A DNA stretch of 64,000 bases from the NCBI GenBank assembly GCA_963741955.1, contig CAVUKB010000010.1:288001-352000 (forward strand), read 5' to 3'. Numbering within the stretch: position 1 is the stretch's first letter; every line of letters starts with the position of its first letter. The notes beneath the pieces are model-generated. The model did not search any database, had not been told where the DNA came from, and worked only from the letters and a program-made list of their open reading frames with translations. Shown here piece by piece: positions 59,289 through 64,000 of the stretch. This DNA comes from an uncultured Acidobacteriota bacterium. Lineage in GTDB: Bacteria > Acidobacteriota > Thermoanaerobaculia > Gp7-AA8. Both the position numbers and the translations under genes were made by a program.

Positions 59289-61709
59289 ATGAACTCAAGA
59301 AGAAGGTTCGCGAAAGTGCGGTTGCACCCCACGACCGCGCTCGCCGCGACTTTGGCGCTCGTCGCGTCGACGCTTGTCGCGGGGGCACCAGGTCGAACAA
59401 AGCTGCTGATCAGTTCCGGCGGATCCGCGCCGCCGCAGACCACGGTCACAGCAATGGTTGCCGCTGGCGCAAAAGCTATCGAAGCGTACGACCCTTTCCA
59501 GCTGATCGACGTTCCGGCCAACGCGGTCCCCGACTTTCTTGCGTTGGCCACTCACCTTGGACTAACGGTCGAGATTCGCGACGACTTCGACGAGGTGCGC
59601 CTACCTCGGCTCATGATCGACACGCGAAGACCGCCCACGATCCCCAGCTATCCGCCGGGAACTAACGGGATCTTCGTAGTACAATTCAAGGGTCCCCAGA
59701 AGGCTGAGTGGTCGCGATCACTCAGCGCACACGGCATTATAGTGCTGCAAGGAATTCAAGCCAATGCGGCGCTGGTGGTGGCCACGACGACTGCCCTTGA
59801 TCGCTACCTGGCCGAAACGTCCGTTGTCCAATGGGTAAGCCCGTACCCTCCCGAGGCAAAAGGAGCCTTATTCGGTCGCGATGATCCACCTGCCGATCTC
59901 CAGATCGAAGTCGCGAACGTTCCGGGTAAGGAACAGGTCGCTGAGAGAGCCGCCGCTGCCTCGGGATTTGCAGCTCGAACCGAATACGGGCCCAACGACT
60001 TTCGCATCCACGCCCGTCTCAGCGGCGCTGACGCGATCCAACTGCTCGCCGAACCGCTAGTCTTGGGTATCTTTCACGAGCCGCAGTGGCGACTCTCGGA
60101 CGAACGCCAAGTCCTTAGCGCGACGATGAAGACTGGTTGGACTAGTCCGAGCCCAGGTTACCAGTCCTGGCTGGTCAGCAATTGCGCGGTCTGTTCGAAC
60201 CTCGGCCCGACTTTCAAAGTGAGCATAGCGGACACCGGGCTGGACAAGGGCAATGTTCCGCAGGGCCAAGAGGGGGTCGAGCAGGCAGATTTGCGAGGGC
60301 GAGAAGTCTTCGGTTCGCAATGGGCTACCGACGATTGCTCAAGTCCCGGAGGCTACGTCGGGTGCGATCGCTTGGGCCATGGCACGATGGTTGCCGGAAT
60401 CGTGGGTGGAAACGGCGCGACGGCCACCGTCGATACGGGTAACTATCTCCTCGGTGTAGGTGTCGCGCCCACCGCGACGATCGTGAGTACGAAGATCGAA
60501 AACGGCGCAGGCGTTGTCGGTTCAGGCACAATCAGGAGCTGGGCGCCGGACGCGACTAATCGCGGTGCCTATATTCAGAACCACTCCCACAACGACTACG
60601 GGCACGACGTCAGCGGTCGATATACTCTCGAAAGTCGCGACTTTGATTACGTCGTCCGAGACGCCGATGGTGACTGGACGGATCATGATGATACGCAAAT
60701 CACCTTAACAGTATCGGCAGGTAATATCGACCAGGCGGGGGACGACCCTAATAAGCAGCTCGTATCGCCGCCGGCAACCGCGAAGAACGTGATTTCAGTG
60801 GGTGCTACCGAGAATTACCGCCCGGATAAGGACGCCATGGATTGTGCCTCGACTCAAGCCGATAGCTACCGCAATCTCGCCATCATCAGCAAGCGTGGTG
60901 TTCTGGATGCCGCCATCTTCAAGCCCGACCTGGTTGCACCGGCAACTATGATTATCAGCGCAAAGCCCGGGACCCAAGCGGCAGCACCTTGGTGCGACAA
61001 CTGGCCCTATGGAAGTCTAAAGCATAACATGGGTTCGGGTACGAGCTTCGCTGCCCCCATAGCCGCCGGAGTGGCGCTTCTAGCCGGGCGTATTTACTCG
61101 TCAAGCCCGAGTGCCCCAGCCCCCGCGCTTAGAAAGGCGATGTTGATAGCAGCAGCGCGCAGCATGATCGGAGGTATCGACCGGTATACCAATACTTCCA
61201 TAGGTGCCCGCCCGAACAGCACGATCGGGTTCGGGCTCGTCACTCTCGAAGCGATTGCCAAGTCGATCGGCAGTCAGTATGTCAATCAGAGCGTCCGCTT
61301 CTACACGTCAGGCGCGTCGTGGTCACAGGACTACTACACTGTGGATCAAAACAGTCTGGTCACGATCGTTCTCGCCTGGACTGACGCGCCGGGCCCAGCC
61401 GGAGGCAGCCCGCAGCTCGTTAACAATCTCGACCTGACGGTTGAGGTATTTCAGCCGGGTGGTTGCGTTTACCGAATGGTCGGGAACGACATCAGTGCGA
61501 CAACCGAAAACTCGTATGGGCATTCCTGCGTCGGCAGTCTTGCAATGGACACCAAAAACAACGTCGAAATCGTCAGGTTCACGCCGGGCCTAAGCAATCA
61601 GTACCGAGTCACGGTACGAGCTACATCATTGAATGGAGAGGCTCTACCGCTGCAAGGCATATCACAGGATTTTGCGTTGTATGCGATTAATGCGAGGCTC
61701 ACCCCATGA
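59289..61709 (+). CDS. Secreted S8 subtilase (KP-43-like) with prodomain and C-terminal jelly-roll domain
   Basis: Catalytic triad ADTGLD / GHGTMVAG / GSGTSFAAP. PATAKNVISVGA, KPDLVAP, LAWTDAPG..LVNNLDL..NNVE. AAGGAG RBS. Confidence 0.92.
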   Translation: MNSRRRFAKVRLHPTTALAATLALVASTLVAGAPGRTKLLISSGGSAPPQTTVTAMVAAGAKAIEAYDPFQLIDVPANAVPDFLALATHLGLTVEIRDDFDEVRLPRLMIDTRRPPTIPSYPPGTNGIFVVQFKGPQKAEWSRSLSAHGIIVLQGIQANAALVVATTTALDRYLAETSVVQWVSPYPPEAKGALFGRDDPPADLQIEVANVPGKEQVAERAAAASGFAARTEYGPNDFRIHARLSGADAIQLLAEPLVLGIFHEPQWRLSDERQVLSATMKTGWTSPSPGYQSWLVSNCAVCSNLGPTFKVSIADTGLDKGNVPQGQEGVEQADLRGREVFGSQWATDDCSSPGGYVGCDRLGHGTMVAGIVGGNGATATVDTGNYLLGVGVAPTATIVSTKIENGAGVVGSGTIRSWAPDATNRGAYIQNHSHNDYGHDVSGRYTLESRDFDYVVRDADGDWTDHDDTQITLTVSAGNIDQAGDDPNKQLVSPPATAKNVISVGATENYRPDKDAMDCASTQADSYRNLAIISKRGVLDAAIFKPDLVAPATMIISAKPGTQAAAPWCDNWPYGSLKHNMGSGTSFAAPIAAGVALLAGRIYSSSPSAPAPALRKAMLIAAARSMIGGIDRYTNTSIGARPNSTIGFGLVTLEAIAKSIGSQYVNQSVRFYTSGASWSQDYYTVDQNSLVTIVLAWTDAPGPAGGSPQLVNNLDLTVEVFQPGGCVYRMVGNDISATTENSYGHSCVGSLAMDTKNNVEIVRFTPGLSNQYRVTVRATSLNGEALPLQGISQDFALYAINARLTP

Positions 61710-62491
61710 CCAGATTATGCTTGCACGTGACCGCACTCTTGTCGTGTATCGCCGGCACGTTGAGCGCCGGAACGAGGTTGGTACCGGTGTTCGCCGAGCA
61801 CGTGCCGGGAAGAGGAGGTTCCGTGTGGCAGTCGGAGCTTCGCTTCTACAACGCTACGGCCGTGCCGCAAACGATCGAGGTGTCTCGAACATTTCCGGCG
61901 GAAGGCACCGAGTGCACCGGAATCGCTCCCTTTGCGATCGAGCCGGGAGCGTTGGCCCAAATTAGATCGATTGGCTGCGGCGAAGGCAGCGCGGCGGCGT
62001 TTGAAATGTTGGTTGCGGACGGCGTCGAAGTGTCGAGCGTCATTACCAATATCGATCAAACGGCCCAGACAAGCTGTTGCCTGACGGGATACTCGCAAAA
62101 CATACCGATCGTCGACGCGGACCGGGCGTATGAGTTACGCCACTCGATGGCTAACCTTCAAGTGCCCGTCGTCGGAAGAACGAATCTGGGCCGGCACAAT
62201 CTCGTCATCGTGAATCCCAGCGGAAGCCCGTTGATTGTGACGCTGTTATACTATGAGGCTCATGGGTTGGATGGTACGGTATTGTTCCAGCCCCAGGAAA
62301 TTGCCGTGCCCGCGAGGGCGTACACACAGGTCGGCGACGTGCTGCCGCAGCTTCACGGCTCGGTCACGGAGCCGATTATTACGGGATACTGGCGCATCGA
62401 CGCTGCAGGCGACCGGCCTTTCTTCATTCTCGACTCATATGTCGACAATGCTACGAATGATGCAACCACAATTGAAGCCGGTGACCGCTAA
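61706..62491 (+). CDS. Secreted hypothetical protein coupled to the S8 protease
   Basis: ATGA overlap, signal-like N-terminus, VPGRGGSVWQSELRFYN and VDNATND motifs. Confidence 0.72.
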   Translation: MTRLCLHVTALLSCIAGTLSAGTRLVPVFAEHVPGRGGSVWQSELRFYNATAVPQTIEVSRTFPAEGTECTGIAPFAIEPGALAQIRSIGCGEGSAAAFEMLVADGVEVSSVITNIDQTAQTSCCLTGYSQNIPIVDADRAYELRHSMANLQVPVVGRTNLGRHNLVIVNPSGSPLIVTLLYYEAHGLDGTVLFQPQEIAVPARAYTQVGDVLPQLHGSVTEPIITGYWRIDAAGDRPFFILDSYVDNATNDATTIEAGDR

Positions 62492-62560
62492 GGCCTGATC
62501 GTCCGAGAATCGACTCTCAATTCTGCACTCTGCACTCCGCATTCTGAATTCGTCTCTCAG

Positions 62561-62596
62561 AAAAAGGAACGGCCACCCTCGCGGGTGGCCGTTCCT
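62561..62596 (-). terminator. Rho-independent terminator of the M13 peptidase gene
   Basis: 14-bp stem AGGAACGGCCACCC-TCGC-GGGTGGCCGTTCCT followed by a T-run on the minus strand. Confidence 0.85.
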
Positions 62597-62621
62597 GATT
62601 TACTCACTGGAGTGAATCGTC

Positions 62622-64000
62622 TTACCAGATCCGCACGCGGTCTGCCGGCTTGACGTAGTTCTTGTCTCCGGGTTGGACGTCGAATGCCTTGTACCACGCA
62701 TCGACGTTTCTCATAGGCGCGAACGCACGCACCTGACCCGGCGAGTGCGGGTCGGTCGCGAGCTGCTGACGGAGCGCGTCGTCGCGTGAGAGCGTTCTCC
62801 AGACCTGACCCCATCCGAGGAATACGCGCTGGTCGCCGGTGAATCCGTCGATGACCGGTGCGGGCTTCCCGTTCAGTGAGAGGTGGTACGCGTCGAGCCC
62901 GAGGAGGATTCCGCCGAGGTCCGCGATGTTCTCGCCCATGGTCTGGCCGGGGATGATGTGCATCCCGGGAAGATTGGCGAAGTCGATCGCTTCGTACTGT
63001 GCGCCGAGTTTCTTCGCCTGCGCGTCGAACTTCTCCGCGTCGTCCTTCGTCCACCAGTCGCGGAGGACGCCATTGCCGTCGGACTTCCGGCCCTGGTCGT
63101 CGAATCCGTGGGTGATCTCGTGTCCGATCACACCGCCGATCGCACCGTAGTTGACGGCCGGATCCGCCTTCGGATCGAAGAACGGCGGCTGGAGGATCGC
63201 GGCGGGAAAGACGATCTCGTTCCGGGACGAGGAGTAGTACGCGTTGACGGTCTGGGGGAACATGCCCCATTCCTGCTTGTCGACCGGCTGACCGATCCGG
63301 TTGACGTCGCGGTTCCACTCGAATTCCGCGGAGCGAAGGGTGTTGCCGACCAGGTCTCCCGATTTCACGTCGAGCTTCGAATAGTCACGCCACTTCGACG
63401 GGTAGCCGACGTTGACGGTGAAGTGCGCCAGCTTGTCGAGCGCCGCCTTCTTCGTCTCCGGGGACATCCAGGCGAGGTTTTCGATGCGGGCCTTCAGTGC
63501 GACTCGGAGGTCGGCGACCAGTTGCTCCATCTTCGCTTTCGACTCCGGCGGGAAGTAGTCGGCGACGTACGTCTTGCCGATCGCTTCGCCCATTCCGCGC
63601 TCCGCCGCGCCGACTGCGCGCTTCCAGCGCGGGCGCTGTTCCTGCGCTCCGTTGAGAAACTTCGAATGGAACTCCCAGTGCATGTCGACGAAGCGCTTCG
63701 ACAGAAGCGGTGCCGCGTCGTCTGCGATCTGGAACGCTTCCCACGCCTTCAGTGTGTCCACCGGGGTGTCGGCGAAGATCTTCGCGATCTTCGGGAAAGC
63801 AGTATTCTGACGGACGACTGCTTCCTTCGCCTTCGCAATTCCCGCCTCGTCGAAGTACTCCTTCCACGGGAATCCCGGCGCGTCCTTCTCGAGCTGCGCG
63901 AGCGTCATCGGGTTGTACGTCTTGTCGCGATCGCGGCTCTGGGCGCGGCTCCACTGTGCTTCCGCGATCTTCGTTTCCATCGCCACGATGTCGGCGGCGT
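62622..64000 (-). CDS. M13 family (neprilysin/PepO-like) metallopeptidase, 5' part outside the window
   Basis: VNAYY, FPAAILQPPFF, HEITHGFDDQG, GENIAD, DPHSP. Confidence 0.95.
   Translation of the reverse strand, partial: AADIVAMETKIAEAQWSRAQSRDRDKTYNPMTLAQLEKDAPGFPWKEYFDEAGIAKAKEAVVRQNTAFPKIAKIFADTPVDTLKAWEAFQIADDAAPLLSKRFVDMHWEFHSKFLNGAQEQRPRWKRAVGAAERGMGEAIGKTYVADYFPPESKAKMEQLVADLRVALKARIENLAWMSPETKKAALDKLAHFTVNVGYPSKWRDYSKLDVKSGDLVGNTLRSAEFEWNRDVNRIGQPVDKQEWGMFPQTVNAYYSSSRNEIVFPAAILQPPFFDPKADPAVNYGAIGGVIGHEITHGFDDQGRKSDGNGVLRDWWTKDDAEKFDAQAKKLGAQYEAIDFANLPGMHIIPGQTMGENIADLGGILLGLDAYHLSLNGKPAPVIDGFTGDQRVFLGWGQVWRTLSRDDALRQQLATDPHSPGQVRAFAPMRNVDAWYKAFDVQPGDKNYVKPADRVRIW

Noticed and set aside
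59289-64000. S8 and M13 peptidases as maturation enzymes for the 15.9-kb pro-peptide
   Set aside because: They are over 40 kb away, and I saw no shared regulatory motif or other link.

Overview
GC-rich bacterial chromosomal window. The protein families present (Acidobacterial VWFA protein, GspG-like fusion, ECF/TPR modules) suggest Acidobacteriota, probably Thermoanaerobaculia; this is inference. I saw no rRNA, tRNA, CRISPR or transposase. Content from left to right: an octaheme HAO-family cytochrome, glpK, YbaK, a 2-oxoacid oxidoreductase operon with a gamma/GltD(DsrL-like)/ferredoxin fusion plus a tetraheme cytochrome c3, signalling genes, ltaE, a Mo-enzyme with a fused DmsB-DmsC partner, an NnrR-like regulator with a large nar operon, a decayed ParE-type TA pair, an RND pump, an S8 protease island and an M13 peptidase. 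Three systems stand out. (1) 15.8-18.5 kb: ECF sigma, a soluble Zn-finger anti-sigma fused to a TPR solenoid, a small secreted pro-peptide ending DVIAVPIP, and a divergent small gene. The two flanking genes share a 42-bp upstream motif. This is a candidate RRNPP-like peptide-signalling circuit wired to an ECF sigma. (2) 38.7-49.6 kb: a nar operon in which NarI is fused through an internal twin-arginine anchor to a Rieske domain and followed by cytochrome b and c, suggesting a Nar-Rieske/cytb supercomplex. (3) 24.6-26.8 kb: an ECF sigma whose Zn-finger anti-sigma is fused to O6-methylguanine methyltransferase and an Ada Zn domain. Non-coding structure includes palindromic MITE-like elements, a 1.35-kb REP array, inverted GATC-heptamer arrays around an AT-rich core, and a small gene apparently split into halves 8.7 kb apart. 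All calls come from reading motifs by eye; no searches were run.
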